A program made the translations under genes and the position numbers. This document shows, in pieces, positions 54,119-62,732 of a stretch of DNA of 64,000 nt; positions within the stretch are counted from its first letter, which is position 1; each line of letters begins with the position of its first letter. Source of the stretch: an uncultured Acidobacteriota bacterium. GTDB taxonomy: Bacteria; Acidobacteriota; Blastocatellia; RBC074. The stretch lies in contig CAWCKY010000006.1 of the NCBI GenBank assembly GCA_963796275.1, forward strand, positions 2,272,001-2,336,000. The letters are read 5' to 3'. The notes beneath the pieces are model-generated. The model saw nothing but the letters and a program-made list of their open reading frames with translations, searched no databases and was not told where the DNA came from.

Positions 54119-55123
54119 TCAAGAGCGATCTTTTTTGCGCGCATAATAGCCTCGCCGGGTTCTGACCACGACTTTACCCTCGCGCGCTTCTACCTGTGGC
54201 GCGACCCTCAGCTCGAGTTTGCGAAACTTGCCATCGAGATTGGAGTCGGTCGGTGTGTATCCCAACGTATAGCGTGCGCGTAGATGGCCGATCACCTCAA
54301 CCAATCTACGCGCGACCTCCTTTTTTTTAGCCTTCATCACCTCGCCACCAGTCTTATCAGCAAAGGGGTCTATGCGGCCCAGTAGTGTTCCCAAAGGATA
54401 TCTGGCCTTCCCAATTATCGCGCCGAATATCTCGCTTTCCACAATCAAGCCGCAGACAACGCTCCCCGACTCGTAGAGCTGTTCCATGGCTTCATTCCCC
54501 GAATGGCCCGTAGGAATCGCGCTCGATTGATTATCCGTCACTCCGATGATGACCCGGCGGCTGAGCGGGTTGGTAGCCCGGTTCATCTGCGTCGCAGCCT
54601 GATATACCCCCTCGTTAATGCGTGTGCCGCTCCGCGCCCAGAAACCCAGGGGATTGTCTTTGACACCTGCAATCTTGTCTTCGATCAGTCGCCGATCTTT
54701 GGTGAAGCTTTGAATAAGCTTCGCCCCGCTCGCAAAGACCATGACCCCCACTTCATCTTCAGGTTTCAACTGCTGCATCGCATACCTTGCGCCGGCCTGT
54801 ATCTGTTGGAGTCTTGGCTGCACGCTTGCACTCACATCCAGCAAGAGCATTATTGAGAGAGGCAGCTTATCCTGGCTGAAATGTGAGATTTCCTGCTGCA
54901 CGCCGTCTTCGTAGAGCAGGAAATCATCCCGCTTGAGATCGCCAATGACGCGGCTCATGTTCTTGCTCATGACCAGGGCGTCCGTTACGACCAGATCGGT
55001 GTCGATCTTCACAGCTAATTCGGACTGTTTGGGCTGCTGAGTTTGTGAGCCCACCTCAGACGTGCCCAACGATAACAAGAAGAGAAGGGAAACAAGAGAT
55101 ACTTTGGCGAACCCGACGCGCAT
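54119..55123 (-). CDS. Secreted VWA-domain protein
   Basis: Signal peptide; LLLDVSAS, VTDN, LRARYTLGYTP and VRTRRGYY motifs. Confidence 0.88.
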   Translation of the reverse strand: MRVGFAKVSLVSLLFLLSLGTSEVGSQTQQPKQSELAVKIDTDLVVTDALVMSKNMSRVIGDLKRDDFLLYEDGVQQEISHFSQDKLPLSIMLLLDVSASVQPRLQQIQAGARYAMQQLKPEDEVGVMVFASGAKLIQSFTKDRRLIEDKIAGVKDNPLGFWARSGTRINEGVYQAATQMNRATNPLSRRVIIGVTDNQSSAIPTGHSGNEAMEQLYESGSVVCGLIVESEIFGAIIGKARYPLGTLLGRIDPFADKTGGEVMKAKKKEVARRLVEVIGHLRARYTLGYTPTDSNLDGKFRKLELRVAPQVEAREGKVVVRTRRGYYARKKDRS

Positions 55124-55529
55124 GCGACAACCTCCACGAAAGCCCAAATAAACGCCTTTTTTGCGAAGCTCTCTAAATAATTCGAGAGCGTACCGATTCA
55201 GAATTGATTAATTGGATTTTTAAGCTGGTTGATCCGGGAAGATTTAACCAGTAATAAAGTGGAGGCCTTGAGAAAATGGACACCAAAAATATGACTCACT
55301 GCCTTCCGATATGCAACCTCAAATGGATAGCTTTTCAGAGGCGGGAGGGGGGCTAAAAAACCTTCTTAACCGAGATGAGTTTTTCTCATCTAGTCTGAAT
55401 TTATCGAAGACGGACGCAATCACCGTTTCCCACCCACGGGAGGCTACTCGTTTCGCATTCACCCTAAATTCGCTTAAAATCGTATCACGCTTGCAACCGC
55501 GGTGGCTCGCGATGCCGCGAGGGGGCTTC

Positions 55530-56630
55530 ATGACGCGAAAAGAGATCGAACTCGAAGATTACCTTGAGACGCCTCTTCGAAAGATCGTGCACATCGATAT
55601 GGACGCATTCTACGCTTCCGTCGAGCAGCGCGACGATGCGAGTTTGCGCGACAAGCCTGTCATAGTCGCCTGGCGCGGAAATCGTTCTGTAGTATGCGCC
55701 GCCTCATACGAGGCCCGGCGGTTTGGCGTTCGCTCCGCCATGCCCGTGATTCGCGCGGAGCGCCTCTGTCCCGGCGCGATCTTTATTCCACCCGACTTCA
55801 CCAGATACAAAGCCGCCTCGCGCGCTGTGCGAGATATCCTTTCGCGCCACACTGATATTATCGAGCCGCTTTCGCTCGACGAGGCATACCTGGATGTAAC
55901 AGAGAACAAGTCAGGTTTGCCCACGGCCACTCGCGTGGCGCGCATGATTCGGCGCCAGATTCGAGATGAACTAAACCTCACCGCTTCCGCCGGAGTCGCG
56001 CCGAACAAGTTCCTAGCCAAGATCGCTTCTGACTGGCGCAAACCGGACGGGCTCTTCGTGATTCAGCCGGATGAAGTGATCGCCTTTCTCATGCCGCTCG
56101 CCGTCAGCCGGATTCCCGGTGTGGGTAAAGTCACGGAAATCCGATTGAAGGAACTGGGCGTCGCAACTGTCGTAGACCTCCGTGATCTCGGGCTGGAAGC
56201 GCTTGAAAGCAAGTTCGGTCGGTACGGGCGCCGTCTCTATGAACTGGCGAACGGCATTGATCACAATCCGGTTGTGTCCGACAGGCCGACGAAGTCGATC
56301 TCCGCTGAAGATACCTTCGAACGCGACCTGCCGCTTTGCGAGACAGAGGATCCGATTAGACGACTCGCTGAGAAAGTATGGGCGGCTGCTCGGAAAGACG
56401 CCCGTATCCCGCGAACTGTCGTACTTAAATTGAAGACGAGCGACTTCAATATTATGACACGCAGCCATACACCGCCGAGCCCTCCAGTTAGTTGTGAGGA
56501 GTTCACGGCCATTGCGCTCTCGTTGCGAGAACGCGTCGAATCATCCCCTGATCAGCGATTCCGCCTGGTGGGTGTGGGATTGAGCAACTTCATAGTCCCC
56601 GAACAGCCACAACCGACGCTCTTCGATTAG
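55530..56630 (+). CDS. dinB: DNA polymerase IV
   Basis: HIDMDAFYASVEQRD, SYEARRFGVRSAM, SLDEAYLD and NKFLAKIASD motifs; C-terminal clamp-binding-like QPTLF. Confidence 0.96.
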   Translation: MTRKEIELEDYLETPLRKIVHIDMDAFYASVEQRDDASLRDKPVIVAWRGNRSVVCAASYEARRFGVRSAMPVIRAERLCPGAIFIPPDFTRYKAASRAVRDILSRHTDIIEPLSLDEAYLDVTENKSGLPTATRVARMIRRQIRDELNLTASAGVAPNKFLAKIASDWRKPDGLFVIQPDEVIAFLMPLAVSRIPGVGKVTEIRLKELGVATVVDLRDLGLEALESKFGRYGRRLYELANGIDHNPVVSDRPTKSISAEDTFERDLPLCETEDPIRRLAEKVWAAARKDARIPRTVVLKLKTSDFNIMTRSHTPPSPPVSCEEFTAIALSLRERVESSPDQRFRLVGVGLSNFIVPEQPQPTLFD

Positions 56631-56755
56631 CTATCAAGCTAGGAGATTTTTCTCTGCGCGCTTTGATTTTTTTATGACGGGCACGAAGCACACGATGCGT
56701 TTCGACAACACCGCTTTTGAGAAACTCCGGATCGGCTATTGCTAAAACCGTATTG

Positions 56756-58252
56756 CTAAAACGTGATGCTATAACTGAAACCGGGTTTATTTGCGAAGGC
56801 CAGCACGAACGAGAAGTTGTGCCTCCCGTGCGCATAGTTCACCATAGGATGCACTCGAACGCCGTCATAAATGACCAGCGATGATATCTTCTTGGTAAAG
56901 TACACATTCAGCCCGGCCACTGGCCGCCAGTTGTGCTCATACGTTCCGTAAGCCACGCCAGCATACGGAGCGATGGGCAGCCCTGTTTCACGCTTCAGGT
57001 TTTTACTGAAGGTTGCGTAAAACGACTGACCGTCGGGCGTGCCGATTCGGTCGGAACTCGTGCCGAGAATCAGCGCCGGGCGGCGTTCAGTCTCCGGCAT
57101 AACCAACCAGTTGATCAGCGGACTCACCCTGCCGCTTGCATCCTCAGCGCGTGGATTGAATTCAACCCCCGCAGATAATCTAGGATAAATCCGGTATGTG
57201 AGTGTGGTTCGGACAGTCGCGCGCGGCACGGCTCCCGGAATGACACGCGTCCCGAAAGTCCATTTATCTTCACTTACGTTCACTGCCCCGCTCACGGCGC
57301 GGCCCTCGCCCGGTCAGAGCGGTCAGCTAGGTACGCTGGAAACCTCGAGTGTCGATTTACTTTTGGCCATGGCTATCTGTTCGCGTTTTGCTTCGCGCTC
57401 GCCTTGCGCCACCAGCTTTTCGAGGTGCTTTTTGATCTCTTCCTGCGTCACGACGCTTCTATATATCGCCACTATCTTTCCATCGCGCCCGATGATGGCT
57501 GTGCCGGGCAGCCCGGGTCCGAGGCCGAACTGAGCCATCTGTTCCGTAGTTGCGCCCATCCAGACCGGGAAGTTGACGATTGTCTCCTTGATGAATTGTC
57601 GCACTGCCTTCAGTTCGGCGAATGTGTCAGCCGAAGCGCCGATGACCTGCACTCCGTAAGCAGCGTAACTGTTCTGGATAGCCGCCAGATCGGGCATCTC
57701 CTTCTTGCACGGTCCGCACCACGTCGCCCAGAAGTTCAGCACGACGATCCGCCCGCGGTATGAGCTCAATTTCTGATCCACCCCGAACAGGTCTTTCAAC
57801 ACCAGTTCGGTCTCTTTCCCTATGACGTCAGGAGAAGCCGGTTCTGAAGGCTTGGATAGAACTTTAAGATCGTCCACTTTGACAAAGTTTTGTTTCTTAC
57901 TGACGCGAACCGGGCCGGTGATTTCCACGCGGCTGCCGACATAACTCAGCCAGTTCGGCTCCGGACGTTTGAACTTTCCGTCTTCGAGTTGATAGAACTT
58001 CGTGGCGCCGTCCTGTGCCGCTACCGCCAAAAGTGTCGGGTCGCCATTGGCGATGCACTTGGCGGCTTGCGTCAGGTCTTCTTGCGAGCCGTACGGGACT
58101 TTCCGGCGGTCGGCCTTATTCCAGCAATCTAAACAACACACGATCTGACCTTCGATAAAGCCACTCGCCTTTGCCGCTTGCGCCGAGGCAGGCTGAAAGA
58201 AAAGCGACGATGTCAAAATAGATAACAAGAGTGACAATATTATTCGATTCAC
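56756..58252 (-). CDS. Predicted double-selenocysteine (UxxU) exported protein: signal peptide, CCxxC domain, TlpA thioredoxin, U-P-L-U, beta-barrel-like domain (~498 aa)
   Basis: ORFs 57323..58294 and 56756..57295 are in frame; the junction reads VSSVPS-TGA-P-L-TGA-PGEGRAVSG. WATWCGPC motif; C-terminal FSYSITF; GTG start at 58252 with a GGGGAG RBS. The TlpA part alone is high confidence; the read-through is inferred. Confidence 0.75.
57285..57325 (-). promoter_or_regulatory. Candidate bacterial SECIS element
   Basis: After the second UGA: CCGGGCGAGG-GCCGCGC[CGUGA]GCGGGGC. The loop starts 17 nt after the second and 26 nt after the first UGA, with G at loop position 2; folded by eye. Confidence 0.5.
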
Positions 58253-58355
58253 GGTGGATTCTCCCCGCTGATGCAGAAGCGGACACGCGGACATCAGCCG
58301 ATAGCGTGATGATTGGGGCGATGAATTTGTGTGTGCGTGAGTGAGGGTGTGGCGA

Positions 58356-58715
58356 TTAAATGCGCAGCACGGATACTCTTGGCAGAGGTGGCGAACTTGC
58401 AGGCTGTGGCGGCCCGGCAGTCAGGTTCAAAGTTTGGAAATGATAAAAATCGAAAATCTCCGAGAGCAGCAAGGGCCGGGTGAGGTGGCCCGCCGGTGTT
58501 TTCTGAATTTTCTCCGGCGGTAGATATCTGAGTGTGTCGAGTGAACAACACACGTCTTCCGGCTCGCTCGACGAAACGCTGGGTGCGTCAGAAGCGCAAA
58601 ATGATTCCCCCACATGGTCTGCGCAGTTAGCAATGCAGCCTAGAGACAAGCAGAGCACATTGAGCGCTAGCGCGAAAGAGAGGAATCTTTTTGTAATGTT
58701 ACTCCGACATTTCAT
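58356..58715 (-). CDS. Cys-rich leader protein (DUF2946/CruR-like architecture)
   Basis: Hydrophobic N-terminus, [13 protein letters not shown], and a Pro-rich tail [20 protein letters not shown]; 119 aa. Confidence 0.7.
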   Translation of the reverse strand: MKCRSNITKRFLSFALALNVLCLSLGCIANCADHVGESFCASDAPSVSSSEPEDVCCSLDTLRYLPPEKIQKTPAGHLTRPLLLSEIFDFYHFQTLNLTAGPPQPASSPPLPRVSVLRI

Positions 58716-58722
58716 CGGCGGA

Positions 58723-58751
58723 ATTATAACGAATGTTTCGTCGGCTGCCAA
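58723..58751 (-). promoter_or_regulatory. sigma70 promoter, probably leaderless
   Basis: TTGGCA-17 nt-TATAAT, then 7 nt to the ATG at 58715. Confidence 0.65.
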
Positions 58752-58843
58752 ACGCGCATATCTGATGGTGTCCCAGACGATCGGAAGACGATGCTGCTGC
58801 CATGTTGTGTGTTAACCTGGCAGCGACCGGCCCACACACGATC

Positions 58844-59575
58844 ATGACAAGACTCCGAGACATCCCCATAGGAATCGCGCGATGGATAGAGAGCGCCATG
58901 GTCAGCGTGATCTACATGCCGATCATTTGTGGGGCCGCATTCGTATCTCGCCGGACGGCTTACCGCCTTTTACGGCGCTGGTCGCGCGCACAACTCCGAG
59001 TATTCGGAATCGACCTCGAGGTAGAGTGGGAGGCGCCGCTCGAAGAGGGTCGAGCTTACGTGTTCGCGCACCTCAACCAGACGAGCCTCCTCGAATCGTT
59101 CATCTTCCCTTGCGTGATGCCGGGGCAATTCCGGATGGTGATCAACATCGAGTTCGCGCTGGTTCCATTCATCGGTCAGATGATGGTCGCGCTGGGGGCG
59201 ACCGTGATCGTGCGCCAATGGCCGGCGCAGGGGAAACGCGCGCTTGAGGGAGCCGTTCGGCACCTCAAGCGAGGCCAATGCTTCGGTATCTCGCTCGAAG
59301 GACGACGAAGCCGCGATGGCCGCCTTTCACGGTATCGAAAAGGAGCCGTGGTCATGGCAATCAAGGGTCAAGCAGACCTCGTGCCCTTCTACATTGTAGG
59401 CGCGCGTGAGTCCTGGCCATTTGGTGCCTGGTTACCGCGGCCCGGTCGCGTTCGGGCCGTCTTCATGCAACCTATTCGCGTCGCCGGAGCCACTTACCAG
59501 GACCGTGACGACCTGGTTGAGAGGCTGCGCGACGCTGTCGAAGAGGCACTGGGCGAGCGTCCTCCCATCCGTTGA
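58844..59575 (+). CDS. Lysophospholipid acyltransferase (PlsC family), divergent
   Basis: AHLNQTSLLE (variant of NHxSxxD), SLEGRRSRDG and KGAVVMAI motifs; start uncertain. Confidence 0.8.
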   Translation: MTRLRDIPIGIARWIESAMVSVIYMPIICGAAFVSRRTAYRLLRRWSRAQLRVFGIDLEVEWEAPLEEGRAYVFAHLNQTSLLESFIFPCVMPGQFRMVINIEFALVPFIGQMMVALGATVIVRQWPAQGKRALEGAVRHLKRGQCFGISLEGRRSRDGRLSRYRKGAVVMAIKGQADLVPFYIVGARESWPFGAWLPRPGRVRAVFMQPIRVAGATYQDRDDLVERLRDAVEEALGERPPIR

Positions 59576-59830
59576 TTGAGCAACTACACTCTTGCCTGAT
59601 TAAGGTCAGATTCATCTGCCAATTGTCGTAGCCATTCTCGGCGGCATTTTCATTTCAATGTTTTGAAAATGATTGTATTCCGGGCGCTGAATTACGGTCA
59701 CGCAGAAGTGTGGGCGACAACGCGCGCGATCAAGCGGATGAGAAGGGCTGGGAGCTGACGCCGCTGGCCTGCAGGCAGGTGAGGTGGTCGTTTCAGGGTC
59801 GTCTGTGTAAACTATTAGTCGATCCCTTTT

Positions 59831-61222
59831 ATGACAATTACAGCGCCCGATCATTCCGAGAATCAACTCATCCGCGCCTTGCTGGAAGCCCGCGCGCGTA
59901 CGCTCGAATTAGTCTCTGACCTGAGCGACGAACAGATGATCGGACCGCGCCTCGCCATCGTCAATCCCTTGCGCTGGGAGATCGCGCACGTGGGATGGTT
60001 CCAGGAATATTGGATATTACGCCATCTTCGCCAACTCGAACCGGTTTGGAATGTGGCGGATCAGATGTATGACTCGGCACGCATCGCGCACGATACGCGC
60101 TGGGACCTCTCATTGCCCTCGAAGGCTGAAACAATCGGTTATACGCAGCGGATCCTCGATCGCGTGGTCGAGCAAACGGCATCTAATCCCTCTCGCGATG
60201 TGAACGTATATAATGACGCATACTTTCTACAACTCGCGCTTTTTCACGAAGACATGCACGCTGAGGCGATCATTTATACGAGACAGACGCTTGGCTATAC
60301 TGAGCCTCGCCTGACCCCGGCTCGGGACGTACCACCGGGAGCGCAAGTTGAGGGAGAGCGTGGAAAGATGGAAGCCGCTACATCAACCGCCACTTTATTG
60401 AAGGGGTTGGGAGACGCTGAAGTACCCGGAGGAACATTCCTGCTCGGCAGCGCGCCGGACGACGGTTTTGTGTTTGACAATGAAATGTGGGCGCATCCGG
60501 TCGAGGTGAAGCCGTTTGCGATCTCAAGGACCGCGGTGACGAACGCAGAATTCGCGGCTTTCGTGGCCGACGGCGGCTATCTGAATCGCGTGTTTTGGGA
60601 TGTGGAAGGATGGCGATGGCGCGAGAGCTCCGAGGCCGAACGCCCGATTTATTGGCAACCGATTTCTGGCGGCCGATGGCTGCGCCGGAACTTCGACCAA
60701 TGGGTCGCACTCGAAAACGACCTCCCCGTGTTGCACGTCAATTGGTATGAGGCTTCGGCCTACTGCCGCTGGGCCGGACGTCGCCTGCCGACGGAGCCCG
60801 AATGGGAGATGGCCGCCAGTTCCGAGCCGGCGCCGGGTGGGCAGGGAATTGCCGATCGCAAAAGGCGCTACCCCTGGGGCGACTCGCCACCCACGCCTGT
60901 GCGCGCAAATCTGGACTGGCGCAATATGGGTTGTCTAGTTGCGCATGCCTTGCCAGCGAGCGAAAGCGCTTTCGGCTGCCGCCAGATGATAGGTAATACC
61001 TGGGAGTGGACCGCCACCGCTTTTGAACCTTTTCCCGGCTTCGCCGCCGGCCCCTACAAGGAATATTCCGCGCCATGGTTCGGGGATCATAAAGTATTGC
61101 GCGGAGGATGCTGGGCCACTCGTTCGCGCCTGATTCGCAATAACTATCGTAACTTCTACAAGCCGGACCGTCGCGACGTGTGGGCCGGGTTCCGCACTTG
61201 CGCGCTTTCAGACGAACGATGA
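59831..61222 (+). CDS. senA: Selenoneine synthase SenA (EgtB-like DinB_2 + FGE-sulfatase)
   Basis: NPLRWEIAHVGWFQE, YDS..IAH, FHEDMHAEA, FVFDNE.WAH, RLPTEPEWE and RRDVWAGFRTC motifs; overlaps senB by ATGA. Confidence 0.88.
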   Translation: MTITAPDHSENQLIRALLEARARTLELVSDLSDEQMIGPRLAIVNPLRWEIAHVGWFQEYWILRHLRQLEPVWNVADQMYDSARIAHDTRWDLSLPSKAETIGYTQRILDRVVEQTASNPSRDVNVYNDAYFLQLALFHEDMHAEAIIYTRQTLGYTEPRLTPARDVPPGAQVEGERGKMEAATSTATLLKGLGDAEVPGGTFLLGSAPDDGFVFDNEMWAHPVEVKPFAISRTAVTNAEFAAFVADGGYLNRVFWDVEGWRWRESSEAERPIYWQPISGGRWLRRNFDQWVALENDLPVLHVNWYEASAYCRWAGRRLPTEPEWEMAASSEPAPGGQGIADRKRRYPWGDSPPTPVRANLDWRNMGCLVAHALPASESAFGCRQMIGNTWEWTATAFEPFPGFAAGPYKEYSAPWFGDHKVLRGGCWATRSRLIRNNYRNFYKPDRRDVWAGFRTCALSDER

Positions 61223-62229
61223 ATATCCTCATCACCACCCCGGCGCCGCCTCGATCCAGATACGGCAACCGTGTAACGGCGCTGCGATGGGCGCGCATCC
61301 TCAAGGGACTTGGACACCATGTCGCCGTCTCCCAGGTCTACGAAGATGGCGATTACGATCTGCTCATCGCGCTACATGCGCGCCACGGCTATTTTTCGAT
61401 CGACCGATTCCGCAGCCTGCATCCGGACAAACCGCTTGTCGTCACGCTCTCCGGGACAGACCTCTACCAGGACCTCAAGCAGAGCAAGCTTGCGCGCAAA
61501 TCGCTTGACCTTGCCACGCGCATTGTCGTGCTTCAACCGAAGGCTTTTGACGATTTGCCGTCGCGACATCACGCGAAAACGCGGGTCATCTATCAGTCGG
61601 CTCGGGGGGGTCGAGCGGTTCAGCCAGCTATATCGGACAACAACCGGCATCCAGGCAATCGGGCCGGGTCACGCAATTTCAATGTTTGCGTGATCGGCCA
61701 CCTGCGACCGGTGAAAGACCCGTTTCGGGCTGCGCTGGCGGCGCGTCGACTGCCGTCTTCATCAAGAATTCGCGTGTTACACATTGGCGGGGCGATGACC
61801 GAGGAGATGGCGGCGAAAGCGCGCGCGGAGATGAAGGTCAACCCACGTTACCTGTGGCTTGGTGAACAACCGCGATGGCGCGCACGCCGCATCCTGACGC
61901 GCAGCCATTTGTGCGTTCTCTCGTCTCGGCTGGAAGGCGGCGCCAATGTGCTCTCGGAATCGATAGTAGCTTCGGTGCCCGTGGTCGCAACGCAAATTCC
62001 CGGCACTGTCGGGATATTAGGCGCGGACTACCCTGGCTATTTCACCGTAGGCGATACCCGTGAATTGAGGGGGCTTTTGCTGCGCGCGGAGGCAGAACCG
62101 GATTTTTTAAATGTTCTCAAGTCAAAGTGCGAGGATTGTGCCGAACTTTTCGAGCCGGCTCGTGAACAGAGGACCTGGAAGAATTTGCTCGCCGAACTAA
62201 GAGTAAGGAATTCGTCAACCAAGCTTTAG
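61219..62229 (+). CDS. senB: Selenosugar synthase SenB (TIGR04348-type glycosyltransferase)
   Basis: ITTPAPPRSRYGNRVTALRWARIL, LIALHAR, LSGTDLY, VIYQS, GHLRPVKDP and SRLEGGANVLSE motifs. Confidence 0.9.
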   Translation: MNILITTPAPPRSRYGNRVTALRWARILKGLGHHVAVSQVYEDGDYDLLIALHARHGYFSIDRFRSLHPDKPLVVTLSGTDLYQDLKQSKLARKSLDLATRIVVLQPKAFDDLPSRHHAKTRVIYQSARGGRAVQPAISDNNRHPGNRAGSRNFNVCVIGHLRPVKDPFRAALAARRLPSSSRIRVLHIGGAMTEEMAAKARAEMKVNPRYLWLGEQPRWRARRILTRSHLCVLSSRLEGGANVLSESIVASVPVVATQIPGTVGILGADYPGYFTVGDTRELRGLLLRAEAEPDFLNVLKSKCEDCAELFEPAREQRTWKNLLAELRVRNSSTKL

Positions 62230-62239
62230 ACGATAGGTT

Positions 62240-62268
62240 AATCCCACCGACGGCAGTCGGTGGGATTT
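62240..62268. repeat. REP-like palindrome / possible terminator after senB
   Basis: AATCCCACCGAC-GGCA-GTCGGTGGGATT perfect 12-bp stem. Confidence 0.7.
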
Positions 62269-62732
62269 AGTCAATAAAGATCTGTTCAGTCTAGGTTGAG
62301 ACTTGTTAGACAGCTCGGTGTCCCACTAAAGGGCGCTAAAGTCAGTAGCGATCGCGTGCGTAGATTATTTCAATAAAGGGAATTTCCTCCATTACAATCT
62401 GATTTCTTAGCTGGACGCCTTGTTGCGATTTCTGAACCTCGCTATTCAGGCGGGCGGTAAATCATCAGCAACGCCAATATTCAAATATTTTGCGGGCCTC
62501 GGATCTTAAGTAATGCCTGGGAATTTTCCGAATAACCCTACGTAGATTACCTATGCCGGAATACGCAATCAAAAGAGCCTGTCTACTGAACCACCGGGAT
62601 ATAAAGCCGTGCCACACATTTGTATAATGACGACATCCCAATAAAGAAGGCTGAAACTCTCCAACACAACAAAACTCGGGAACCGAATTAAGCCACAAAT
62701 CTATCGGTGGATAATTTTATAGAAGGGGATTT

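Noticed and set aside
56737-56762. TATTGCTAAAAC direct repeat at the end of the barrel gene as an integration scar
   Set aside because: Only a short local tandem duplication; no matching distant copy or integrase was seen.
57314-57325. Genome-wide UGA reassignment (Trp/Gly) or a nonsense pseudogene as the explanation of the two TGAs
   Set aside because: Many intact genes here end in TGA (GH51, qor, senA). Two independent nonsense mutations at exact CxxC spacing in otherwise intact domains are unlikely, though not excluded.
59831-61222. Ordinary ergothioneine sulfoxide synthase EgtB
   Set aside because: The HEDMHAEA-type motif and coupling to a TIGR04348-type glycosyltransferase, rather than egtD, point to SenA.
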